In this document: one piece after another, positions 19,668-28,223 of the stretch
Layout of the letters: each line of letters opens with the position of its first letter
How positions within the stretch are numbered: the stretch's first letter is position 1
Virus record (IMG/VR): IMGVR_UViG_3300042898_006229
DNA length: 64,000 nucleotides
Source of the DNA: an uncultured virus (IMG/VR IMGVR_UViG_3300042898_006229)
Taxonomy: Duplodnaviria > Heunggongvirae > Uroviricota > Caudoviricetes
Strand: one strand, 5' to 3'
Notes under the pieces: model-generated
The model's database searches: none
What the model was told of the DNA's origin: nothing
The model's input: only the letters and a program-made list of their open reading frames with translations
Made by a program: the position numbers and the translations under genes

Positions 19668-20444
19668 TTAATATGCAGTAGTTGGTACATTATCTGGACC
19701 AAAATAAATTTGTCTAACCAATTCTTTTGCTGTAATTGTTATGGTTCCACTTCTGAAAAGTTGTTTACCTGTAGCATCGTCTGAAGATTTATTGTCATTG
19801 CAAAGTACATCATAAAGCATTCTTATAGGTTCGACATTATCAGCTTGCATTCGAAGTATATTATTTCTTGCTTTTGTTGATAAATTTGCTACAGTAGTTC
19901 CAACTCCAACATCGTTATACATTCTGATAAATGCTTCTGCTGCTTTACCAGAATCAGGTAGGGCTGGTGCAGCTAAATTTGCTGGATGAGTTTCTGACCA
20001 AAGAGCATTAAATTCATTTGTCACTGTTGTTGCATATGAACTTAAAACACTATTATGATCAATGGTGAAGTGTGCTGGAGAAAGAGTTAATTTTTCACAC
20101 ATTGGACAAATATCAACTACCCAAATTCTTCTGTGTTTTCTCAAAATTGACAAAATGATTCTTGTTGCTTCTTGAGTGACTCTTTCCGTTGTTTCAATAT
20201 TATCTGCACCAACATTTACCTCAATGTTGACACTGTGTTCATATTCTTGCAAACCAAATGAAATATCTTTCAATGGAGAGCTTGCGCCTTTGAAAATTAT
20301 AGCAATCCCATTTGGTCTTACAGCAGCATCTCCAATATAAAATCCAGACACAGGCCGGTCAAAAATTACTGCTTCACCTTTGGCATTTTTTGGTAATTCA
20401 TAAAACAAAATGCCTCTTAAGGTATCGTAAACTCGTTCAAGCAT
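19668..20444 (-). CDS. Putative tail terminator / neck protein with an inserted CxxC segment
   Basis: Follows the gp36-like gene. Helix, 'FYIGD', strand 'EYEHSVNIEV', helix and a final strand 'FRSGTITITAKE' resemble the gpU-like topology; CPMC insert. Confidence 0.4.
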   Translation of the reverse strand: MLERVYDTLRGILFYELPKNAKGEAVIFDRPVSGFYIGDAAVRPNGIAIIFKGASSPLKDISFGLQEYEHSVNIEVNVGADNIETTERVTQEATRIILSILRKHRRIWVVDICPMCEKLTLSPAHFTIDHNSVLSSYATTVTNEFNALWSETHPANLAAPALPDSGKAAEAFIRMYNDVGVGTTVANLSTKARNNILRMQADNVEPIRMLYDVLCNDNKSSDDATGKQLFRSGTITITAKELVRQIYFGPDNVPTTAY

Positions 20445-20453
20445 TTATTTCAC

Positions 20454-20948
20454 CTATTGACTTTGACCTTTTGATCTTTTGCCTTCAGTTGGGTTACTTA
20501 CAACGCCTCTCAATGTGGATCTAACAAATCTGTCTCCACGAGTATTTCTTTGGCCAAATAATCTAATTTCACCATTTTGTATTCTAACAATTTCATTTTG
20601 AGCAAAGTCGAATCTTACTTTTTGAGCTTCAGAATATTGTGGGTCTGCGCCTTGAAGTGCTTGCATATAATACATTTGAGCAGCAAGTATAGCGCAAATA
20701 ACTGGGACTGGGTGAGGATATGAAACATCTCCACCAATATTTACTTGCTTCAAAGGCACATCATACATAGTAGCAAGATTGGCATCAATTTCTGCTGATG
20801 CTTGCTGAATAAAGAAATCTAGATTAATGTTTGATGCAGATTCAGGGGTAGGATTTCTAAAATTAGGAATTGGATTATCACCCTCTGTCACGACATTAGG
20901 TGGGAGATATTGTTTGACATCATTTGTTGTGCAGTAAGAACGTGGCAT
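20454..20948 (-). CDS. Mu gp36-like (DUF1320) head-tail adaptor
   Basis: 'YCTTNDV...IQQASAEIDANLATMYDVPL...PVICAILAAQMYY...RFDFAQNEIVRIQNGEIRL' follows the gp36 consensus along its whole length. Confidence 0.8.
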   Translation of the reverse strand: MPRSYCTTNDVKQYLPPNVVTEGDNPIPNFRNPTPESASNINLDFFIQQASAEIDANLATMYDVPLKQVNIGGDVSYPHPVPVICAILAAQMYYMQALQGADPQYSEAQKVRFDFAQNEIVRIQNGEIRLFGQRNTRGDRFVRSTLRGVVSNPTEGKRSKGQSQ

Positions 20949-21628
20949 TATACTACTCCTGTTTGTGGTTTTAAATATTTGGGCGTGTAATCAACACCCT
21001 CATCACCTTGTATCAATCCCATTTCTTGTGCTGTTTTTCTTTGCATTAAGGTAAAAACATTTGAATCATCTAATTCATTTGCTGAAGTTGATCCTGAATT
21101 TACGAATCTTGGAAAATCAATGTCAACATCTCTGTAGCCACCTGATTTTGCATTAAAAATTTCAACACCATCAGGGGCAAATTTACTCCCTTGTAATCTA
21201 TTCAAAGTTGGAGCTAATTTTGAATGGACATTTGTAGCTAATACAAATCCATTATTGTCGTGAACATAACCGCAAGCTTTATCAATTGAAAGATTTCTCG
21301 GAACTGGCTTAAGTAAATTGTAAATATACAATTCTTCTTTTCCAGAACATATGTAAGTTTGCCCAGAAACAACAACTATATCCATTTGTTGTTGTTGAGC
21401 CATCTGCTTTGCTCTCAATCCTACACTAGGTGTTTCTGGAGAAAGAACTCCAATTATATCCAATCCATTAATAATTGCTGATGTTAGAATTGATTTGATG
21501 GTTGAATTTAAATAGTCTTCGTTTGAAAAAGCTTCTTCTTTGTCGATAAATACGCATAAATCAACCCTTAAGACATTTTTTCTAAGGGCTGTGCATTCTT
21601 TTGCTATATGATACCAGGAGCGTTCCAT
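20948..21628 (-). CDS. PHP-domain-like protein lacking the metal-binding histidines
   Basis: PHP pattern 'RVDL...AIINGLDIIGV...VVSGQ...VHDNNGFVLA...DGVEIFN...NSGS'; the HxH, DH, HP and DAH positions are replaced. Confidence 0.6.
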   Translation of the reverse strand: MERSWYHIAKECTALRKNVLRVDLCVFIDKEEAFSNEDYLNSTIKSILTSAIINGLDIIGVLSPETPSVGLRAKQMAQQQQMDIVVVSGQTYICSGKEELYIYNLLKPVPRNLSIDKACGYVHDNNGFVLATNVHSKLAPTLNRLQGSKFAPDGVEIFNAKSGGYRDVDIDFPRFVNSGSTSANELDDSNVFTLMQRKTAQEMGLIQGDEGVDYTPKYLKPQTGVV

Positions 21629-21632
21629 AATA

Positions 21633-21665
21633 AAGAAAATACTAGGTATCGAAGCTTAATACCTA
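21633..21665 (-). terminator. Possible intrinsic terminator
   Basis: Inverted repeat TAGGTAT-N9-ATACCTA (21643-21665), followed on the minus strand by GTATTTTCTTT. Confidence 0.35.
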
Positions 21666-22202
21666 TCTTTTGTTTCCGCAATCTGGACAAAATTTTTCCA
21701 TTCCAGGAAAGCTATAACCACATTCAGTACAAAATTTTGGCATTTGAGCAGTTCCACATTTTAAGCAGAATTTAGCATCTTTTGGGAGATTGTACAAACA
21801 ACTCTGATTAAGGCAATTCTTGAACCACTGATTTTCACTCTGATTACGTTCAATAGTCCCATCCATTTCATCAAGTTCAGAAATTAAATCTGCAATATTG
21901 ACTGTATTAGGAGTAATTTTTGATTGGTGATCTGTTTCTTCTTCCATTTCAGCTTCAAATGTATTCAAAACAGGTTGATTTTCTGCCCATTTTTGAAATT
22001 CTGGACTATCGAAAAGACTTTGCTTTGGTTCTGCACTAACATCCCCAAATTCATTGATTTTTAGGTCTATTTCTTGATCAGCCATTTTCATCTCATCCCC
22101 AAGCACTGTATGTCCAAATTTGTTTACTTTTGGCTTGGGGAGATCTTCACGATGAGGGTTGGTGAAAGAATGTCGTAATACTTTGATCTGATCTTCGTCC
22201 AT
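21663..22202 (-). CDS. Double zinc ribbon (DZR) protein with acidic N-terminal region
   Basis: C-terminal CLNQSC...AKFCLKCG...KFCTECG...KFCPDCG. Confidence 0.8.
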   Translation of the reverse strand: MDEDQIKVLRHSFTNPHREDLPKPKVNKFGHTVLGDEMKMADQEIDLKINEFGDVSAEPKQSLFDSPEFQKWAENQPVLNTFEAEMEEETDHQSKITPNTVNIADLISELDEMDGTIERNQSENQWFKNCLNQSCLYNLPKDAKFCLKCGTAQMPKFCTECGYSFPGMEKFCPDCGNKR

Positions 22203-22216
22203 AAACTGATTTTACA
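22203..22216 (-). promoter_or_regulatory. -10 element 6 nt before the ATG
   Basis: Minus strand TG-TAAAAT (22214-22209), CAGTTT, ATG(22202). Confidence 0.45.
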
Positions 22217-22218
22217 GT

Positions 22219-22635
22219 TTATTGCTTCTTTTTGTCATCTCTTCTTTCGTATTTGAAGCTAACTACTTCAAATGAATTTGATTCCGAATCATCTCCAGAA
22301 GCATATTCTTTGGTAGTATCTGAATGGCTTTCAATTGATTGTAAAATTTTACTCATCAATTGCGTGTCTGGGATTGGTCCATTGTGTTTTGCTTTGATTT
22401 CTACTGCAAAGCTGTGTACTGTTCCATCATCACTTACAACGCTTACATTTGGCCGAGGTCTGGCAAAAGATTCAATCTTTGGAGTATTGCCTGTATCGAT
22501 AATTGAATCTTCTGTTTCCATAGGAGAAGTGCTTCCCATATCAAATACAGCATCATTTATCTTGTTTCCCAATTCAGGGTTAACTTGTGCTACTCTTGTC
22601 TTTATGTCGTCCAAAACCTTAATAACTCTGTTCAT
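22219..22635 (-). CDS. Hypothetical protein
   Basis: 138 aa, co-oriented with its neighbours, SD-like GAGG upstream (AAGAGGATGAAAG-ATG). Confidence 0.65.
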   Translation of the reverse strand: MNRVIKVLDDIKTRVAQVNPELGNKINDAVFDMGSTSPMETEDSIIDTGNTPKIESFARPRPNVSVVSDDGTVHSFAVEIKAKHNGPIPDTQLMSKILQSIESHSDTTKEYASGDDSESNSFEVVSFKYERRDDKKKQ

Positions 22636-22667
22636 CTTTCATCCTCTTAGTTTTCTGTTTTTTTACA

Positions 22668-22779
22668 CCCATTAATAATGGGAATTAACATTTAATATTA
22701 AAAAGTATATTAACGTTAATCTTAAAAGAAAATTGTTAATTAAAAACTTTTAATTTAATTGTTGCTATATTAAGCAACA
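22668..22779. repeat. Cluster of short palindromes in the largest intergenic gap
   Basis: CCCATTA-A-TAATGGG (22668-22682), TTTAATATTAAA (22691-22702), ATTAACGTTAAT (22709-22720), AATTAAAA-AC-TTTTAATT (22738-22755), TGTTGCT-N6-AGCAACA (22760-22779). Confidence 0.55.
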
Positions 22780-22786
22780 GAACAAT

Positions 22787-23896
22787 TTATCCTCCAGTAC
22801 CAATATTCCAGATATATCTGAAAAATCTACTTCTTCCTCCAGGCATATTAAACTCTGGTACAACAACTGATCTAATTCCAGGATAGAAAGCAATAGGTAA
22901 TTTTTCTAACATCTTTTCAAACTCTTCTTTGTACATTGTTGCTGATTGTCTAATGTCATCTGCTATTCTTGCATCAGGGTCTTCAATTAGCAATCTTCTT
23001 TGTCTGCTTGTCAAAGAAACTAGTAAGCTTCTTAAGATGTAATATGCTGCTCCATAAACTAAAGCTGGATCATAAAAATATGGTGCATCACTTACTTGTC
23101 TATACTTACTTGCACCAGGTTGAGAATTTATTGCTTGTAATGCCATATAAAGACTTGAATTCATATGGTCATTTGTAATCATTTTTATGCTATATGACAC
23201 TAAAACATTATCGTAGCTATGAATGTTTACGGGACCTCCATTTTCATCAATAAAATAGATATTTCCCATAAAATCATATTTCACCATCAAGCCATTAGGA
23301 TAATTATTTCCATTAGTATATTGAGATTCATAACCATCTCTATTTTTAATAATTGGATCGTAAGTAGTATTGATTGTTGAGTAAATTGGAACGGTTTCTG
23401 ATAATTGAATTAATGGATCTCTGTCACCTTGATTAGATGGTCCTGAAATTCTTATTTCTGGTTTAGGTACAGAATTCCAAAAAGAGAAAGCTACAGAGCC
23501 AACACTTCTACTTCTTCTAAAAATTACTTCTTCATCATATATAGGAATGTTCAAAAGATGCTCTAATTCATATCTTAAACTACTTTTAACGAGTAATTCA
23601 TCTCCTAGCATTGGAGAGGATGTACTAAGAACATTTCCATTTGAATCTACTTCTTGAATTCTGTAGTAATCTGAAGGAGAACCATTTGTGTCCACTCCTT
23701 CATTTGCTGGGAAAGTAACAGTAGCAATTGTAGTGTATGTGCCTTCAAAATTTGAGCTTTTTTGAATTTTATAGAAGGCAACATTTTGTGCTCCAGATCT
23801 TTCCCATTCTATAAAAATTCCTGGGTTTGACGGCTGAGAGTTGTAATAAACTAGAGTACTATTATTAAAAGATTGAGCTGAAAAATCGTTTGCCAT
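22787..23896 (-). CDS. Putative neck/head-completion protein with an N-terminal FN3/Ig-like domain
   Basis: N-terminal 'IFIEW...FYKIQKS...DYYRIQEVDSNG' is FN3-like. The helical C-terminus 'ALQAINSQP...DPALVYGAAYYIL' resembles adaptor proteins. SD GGAG upstream. Confidence 0.4.
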   Translation of the reverse strand: MANDFSAQSFNNSTLVYYNSQPSNPGIFIEWERSGAQNVAFYKIQKSSNFEGTYTTIATVTFPANEGVDTNGSPSDYYRIQEVDSNGNVLSTSSPMLGDELLVKSSLRYELEHLLNIPIYDEEVIFRRSRSVGSVAFSFWNSVPKPEIRISGPSNQGDRDPLIQLSETVPIYSTINTTYDPIIKNRDGYESQYTNGNNYPNGLMVKYDFMGNIYFIDENGGPVNIHSYDNVLVSYSIKMITNDHMNSSLYMALQAINSQPGASKYRQVSDAPYFYDPALVYGAAYYILRSLLVSLTSRQRRLLIEDPDARIADDIRQSATMYKEEFEKMLEKLPIAFYPGIRSVVVPEFNMPGGRSRFFRYIWNIGTGG

Positions 23897-23905
23897 ATTT
23901 TCTCC

Positions 23906-23938
23906 AAAAAAAAAAGGCCACCCAACTGGATAGCCTTT
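23906..23938 (-). terminator. Rho-independent terminator
   Basis: Minus strand AAAGGCTATCC-AGTT-GGGTGGCC then T10, just after the stop of 23960-24745. Confidence 0.8.
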
Positions 23939-23959
23939 ATTCAGTCTAGATTAAACTTT

Positions 23960-24745
23960 CTAAACTCTTCTAATTGAGCCCTCTTCTCCATCACCCATAT
24001 CGGCCTCTAAATCAATCGCATCAGCAATTGCATCATAGCCATCGTCTTCTGGTGTGTCAAGATAATTGAAGTCTGCACCAGCTACTCTTCTATCTCTATT
24101 GTAATTAGTCATCTCAACTTCTCTGACTGTAGAACCTCTTACAGCATCACCTGGTGGTTCAGCTACAAATGCTCTTCCTCTAGTTTCAACTCCTGAAATT
24201 GAACTATTTGCATCAAGATGTTTTTGCTGAGCTAAAAGTTGATTGATAATTCCTGGATTATTCTGTACTCTGTCTGCGAATTGCTCTACTGTTAGATCTT
24301 CACCTTGCAATTCAGCTTGTGTTTGAGCAATATCTAAAGCCATTGCATAAGAAAGTGAATCATTAGCATATCCAGCAGTAGTGACATTATTTTTATTTGA
24401 ATAAGCCTTTTCTGCATCAATACTTTCTGCTTCAATTGTCTTCCCATCAACATCAACTGTTCGAAGGTTATTATTATTTTGTTGCTTAAGTAATTCTTTC
24501 TTACCCTTAATAGCAGCTCTTTCTTCAATAGAATCAAATTGATCAGGAGTGATTTTTCTTAATAATCCAAGGCGTATGGAGTTTCTTAAGTCTTTTGACG
24601 CTTTCACTACTTTTGGATCTTCCCAAGTCAAATCAATTGCTTGTAGAGGACCGAAGTTCAATCTAATATCGCTTACATAATGTGGGCCAAGAGTTACATT
24701 TTGCACAATAAATGATTCTGGCTCTTGATTTACACTTTCATTCAT
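23960..24745 (-). CDS. Hypothetical acidic protein, probably virion-associated
   Basis: 261 aa, SD AAGGA, followed by a strong terminator; compact N-terminal domain and acidic tail. Confidence 0.6.
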   Translation of the reverse strand: MNESVNQEPESFIVQNVTLGPHYVSDIRLNFGPLQAIDLTWEDPKVVKASKDLRNSIRLGLLRKITPDQFDSIEERAAIKGKKELLKQQNNNNLRTVDVDGKTIEAESIDAEKAYSNKNNVTTAGYANDSLSYAMALDIAQTQAELQGEDLTVEQFADRVQNNPGIINQLLAQQKHLDANSSISGVETRGRAFVAEPPGDAVRGSTVREVEMTNYNRDRRVAGADFNYLDTPEDDGYDAIADAIDLEADMGDGEEGSIRRV

Positions 24746-24748
24746 ATT

Positions 24749-25093
24749 TTAATCCTTTTTACTCACAGGTAAAGATGTTATACCGTCCAAGCCTTCTTTT
24801 CCGGTCCAATACTCGTTTGATTTAGACTCTCTTGAATTTGGATCATAAGAATTTTTTCTAACAGATTTTTGATCTTTGACGAATTCTGTCATTTGTTTTC
24901 TTTTGACTGTGGTGCCAAATTGTTTTTCTTTTGCTGTCAATCCTTCTTGAACTGTAAAGCTATTGAAAACTCTTTTAGCTTCCCCACCTCCACATGGACA
25001 AGGAATTACAGATTGATATTCACTAAAAGAAAGAGATATTGTGAATGTTTTAGGTTCATTTGAGCATTCACATAGGTATTCGTATCTAGGCAT
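24749..25093 (-). CDS. FmdB-family zinc ribbon protein
   Basis: MPRYEYLCEC...CPCGGGEAKRVF matches MPxYEYxC...CPxCG..xKRxxS. Confidence 0.8.
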   Translation of the reverse strand: MPRYEYLCECSNEPKTFTISLSFSEYQSVIPCPCGGGEAKRVFNSFTVQEGLTAKEKQFGTTVKRKQMTEFVKDQKSVRKNSYDPNSRESKSNEYWTGKEGLDGITSLPVSKKD

Positions 25094-25169
25094 AATTTCA
25101 GTTAAGGTTTAGAGAGTTGCAAAGGTATTTGTACAATATCTTTTGAATTCTAAATAAAGGAGTGCTCAT

Positions 25170-25346
25170 ATGAGTTCAGAAATTACAGACGCTGGAACTA
25201 CTCACCATATGTATTGTGTTAAGTGCAGAACAATGGTCATGGTATCAGCTCCAAAGAAAATTGTTATGAAGAGTAGTAGACATGCATTACAAGGTAAGTG
25301 TCCACATTGTTCAACCTCAACATTTAAAATTACCAAAGCAGAGTAA
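25170..25346 (+). CDS. DUF5679-like small zinc-ribbon protein (58 aa, missed by the ORF track)
   Basis: SD AAGGAG at 25157-25162. Translation MSSEITDAGTTHHMYCVKCRTMVMVSAPKKIVMKSSRHALQGKCPHCSTSTFKITKAE fits YCVKC...MK..R.A..G.C..C.T..F.I. Confidence 0.8.
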   Translation: MSSEITDAGTTHHMYCVKCRTMVMVSAPKKIVMKSSRHALQGKCPHCSTSTFKITKAE

Positions 25347-25348
25347 AT

Positions 25349-28222
25349 ATGGAAATCATTTTCGACGATAGCTTCAGATTTTTATCAAACTTACAAAAAC
25401 AAGAGGACGAAATTCCCACTAGAATTTTGTCCTTGGGTTCTATCATTCTTGAAAAAAACATTAGATTGGCTGTAGATGCTGCTGTCAGGACCGACTTTGA
25501 AACATATAAAAGATCAAATAAAAAAGATAGAAGAGATATTGTTCAAAGAATTCTTGGTAGCTCACATACAGAAGCTGATAAAGAATGGTTTATGGAGCAA
25601 GTTGAAAATTATAAATCAGGTACTGGTAGTGGTGGTTGGACTCAACAAAATGACGATCTGCAAGGTACTTTAATCCAAGAATCAAATGTTGTTGGTGAAG
25701 CCGGTGCTGAAGTTGGAACTATGCTGGCATTAAAAGAAGCTGTTATTGCTAGACTTAGAATGCGTGGCATGAGTGACCCACAAATTAATGATATTTTAGT
25801 TTTGTTTATGGAAAAGGTGATGCTGCCTTTTTCTGAAACTATTAAAATATTAGATTATTGTTTAGAAGAATCATTAAAAGCAAGAGTAGATCCTATAGAT
25901 CTAATGGAATTTTTTGCTTATCATTATAGAGAAAAACAAAATTTTTCCTTAACTAAATCTATTCTTGATCAAGCAGTTAAAATACAAGAAATAAATCCTT
26001 CTTTGGACATCTTTAATTTATTAAAAAATGCAGCAATTGGTAATCAAACAGAAGTTGCTAAAACTATTTTGATTAAGGACCCAGACGCAAGATTGGTTGT
26101 AAATAACTTAATTGCTATGACACAATCTAATCTTCCAGAGCAAGATGAGCAAGTAAGAAGAAATTTTCAAGCTAGTAGAGATGCCGTACTGAATTATTCA
26201 GAAAAGTTACGTATTCAGAAAGCCTTAGTGGACATGATGATGTCTGAAGGTATGAATAAATCCATTGCATCACAAGTAGCTAACATGAGCGCTATTTTCA
26301 AGATGCTTATGACACAACCTCTTTTTAGAGGTTTAAAACAAGTTTATTACGATTTGCAGGCAGCAAAATATGTCATAGAAACCTTTGGTTCAATGCTTAC
26401 AGACACACAGCCTTTGATGCCAAGAGTCAATCCAAGAGAAGAACAAATTGCTCCACAATCAGGCATGTTCCCCTATCAAAGAGGAGAGCGCAGATTATCC
26501 TCTACAAACAGATTTGTACCTCTAAAAAAAAATAATTTAGTCACAGCGCAAGCTATTACTAATACCTCATTTCCTAACACTAATTTAAATTCTAACCCAA
26601 TAGCAGGCTCGCCATCTGGTATTAATTTACAATCAGTTCCATCTAATACTTCTCCAAATGTTGACCCAATAACAGGGCAATCATCTGCTATTGGTTTACC
26701 AACAACACCTGTTGGAACTTTTGGTGGTCCTGCTCAAGCTCCTGATTCTTTAGAGAGTATACAGAAAAGAAATGAGCTTTTGAAATCAACGGACGGAAGT
26801 ATTGAAAAAGTTATAAGCACAATAACCGAAAAAGCAAAAGCATTAGGAGGACCATTTGAGTTTATTTGCAACCTTTTTAATGGATTACTCAGAAAAATCG
26901 GGGAATTACTTAAAAGTCAGAACTTCAATTTTCTTGGAGTTTTAGAACAAATTATTCAAGAATTCGTTAATTCGATAAAAAACAGTGGAACCGCTTTGGT
27001 TGAATCTATTAAAAAATGGGTCAACAAGACTCCGGTCAACAAGACTCCTGAGAAATACAATCAAATGGATCCAGCATCAGCAGAAGCATCTCATTATGAT
27101 AGAACAAAAAAATCATTTGTTTCTCATGATAATTTTAGATTATCTCAATACAATCAGCAAGTAGGTACAGAAACTTACGCCGACCAGCAATGGGCTGCAT
27201 TGTTTGGTACTTTGGCTACAGCTTTAGTTGCTTTTTTGGGATCTAAAGGTCTTGTGGCTGCATTTCGTGGTTTAGGTAGACCTGGGGCAACAGGAAACCC
27301 ATTTGCAAGCTTGAGTGCAAGCAGCTTAATTGCAGATATTGTAAATTTAGTTCTTCCAATAGCCGAGTTCATAAAATCTTTTTTTATTGAAGTATTTAAT
27401 GCTTTTTCTCCTGGATCTGCAAATTATGCTCCAAACAGTGCACTTTACTATGACAGAAATACTAGGCAGTTAAGTCCAGAAGGTAAGAGAAGATTATATA
27501 ATCATCAACAAGTTAGAGTTAGTTTAGGAATCAGCAATGAAGAAAATCTAGCTCTTGCAAGAGCAGAAAAACAAAGAATGGAAAATATGGCCACTGTAAG
27601 AACTCAAACAGAAATTTTACAAAGAGCTATGGACCAAACAGTTTATTTGGGTGGAAAATCAGATGTTGCGCCAAATATGGTTCCAAAAGATTTAGAAAAT
27701 AAAATAAATGTTTTTCTTAAACTTGTTAAGAGTGTCCAAAATGCATGTCAAGCCGAATATTTGATTTTGAAAAAAGCAGTTGATCGTGCTGGGTCTAAGT
27801 TAGATGCTGTTCAAAAAATACAAGTACAGACTTTGCTTTCAGGTGTTCGAAATGATATGTCTGTTTTGCAAAGCTTGATTTCCGAATATTCAAGTTCAGC
27901 ACTAGTAATGGAGCATATACAAAGAAAAAGAAAGCTTATGATGACTCTTGGACCTACGCTCAAGAGAATGCAAGCTTTAGAAAGTCTTGGTATATCGAAA
28001 GCTGCTTTAATAACGGGTAAAAATGGTGTCTTACAACAACTGTCTAGAGTAAGACATGAGGAAGCATCAGCTTTGCAAAAATTACGCAAAGAATACATGG
28101 AAAAAACTCAATTATTAGATAGACCGGATATAGCTCAAAAAGAATTTGCATACCCAGTAGATACTAGAGCTTTAAAATTACCATTACCTCCTTTACCGCC
28201 TACAGCCCCTACGAGTGTTTAA
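25349..28222 (+). CDS. Large helical protein; internal virion/ejection protein or tape-measure candidate
   Basis: Helical, M/Q/L-rich, with a central P/S/N linker and hydrophobic segments (WAALFGTLATALVAFLG; LIADIVNLVLPIAEFIKSFF). Confidence 0.4.
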   Translation: MEIIFDDSFRFLSNLQKQEDEIPTRILSLGSIILEKNIRLAVDAAVRTDFETYKRSNKKDRRDIVQRILGSSHTEADKEWFMEQVENYKSGTGSGGWTQQNDDLQGTLIQESNVVGEAGAEVGTMLALKEAVIARLRMRGMSDPQINDILVLFMEKVMLPFSETIKILDYCLEESLKARVDPIDLMEFFAYHYREKQNFSLTKSILDQAVKIQEINPSLDIFNLLKNAAIGNQTEVAKTILIKDPDARLVVNNLIAMTQSNLPEQDEQVRRNFQASRDAVLNYSEKLRIQKALVDMMMSEGMNKSIASQVANMSAIFKMLMTQPLFRGLKQVYYDLQAAKYVIETFGSMLTDTQPLMPRVNPREEQIAPQSGMFPYQRGERRLSSTNRFVPLKKNNLVTAQAITNTSFPNTNLNSNPIAGSPSGINLQSVPSNTSPNVDPITGQSSAIGLPTTPVGTFGGPAQAPDSLESIQKRNELLKSTDGSIEKVISTITEKAKALGGPFEFICNLFNGLLRKIGELLKSQNFNFLGVLEQIIQEFVNSIKNSGTALVESIKKWVNKTPVNKTPEKYNQMDPASAEASHYDRTKKSFVSHDNFRLSQYNQQVGTETYADQQWAALFGTLATALVAFLGSKGLVAAFRGLGRPGATGNPFASLSASSLIADIVNLVLPIAEFIKSFFIEVFNAFSPGSANYAPNSALYYDRNTRQLSPEGKRRLYNHQQVRVSLGISNEENLALARAEKQRMENMATVRTQTEILQRAMDQTVYLGGKSDVAPNMVPKDLENKINVFLKLVKSVQNACQAEYLILKKAVDRAGSKLDAVQKIQVQTLLSGVRNDMSVLQSLISEYSSSALVMEHIQRKRKLMMTLGPTLKRMQALESLGISKAALITGKNGVLQQLSRVRHEEASALQKLRKEYMEKTQLLDRPDIAQKEFAYPVDTRALKLPLPPLPPTAPTSV
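27019..27048 (+). repeat. Perfect 15-bp tandem duplication (VNKTP x2)
   Basis: GGTCAACAAGACTCC GGTCAACAAGACTCC. Confidence 0.9.
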
Positions 28223-28223
28223 T

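Noticed and set aside
22636..22786. tRNA or known ncRNA in the largest intergenic gap
   Set aside because: Extremely AT-rich, with no cloverleaf, T-loop (GTTCRA) or other recognisable RNA family signature.
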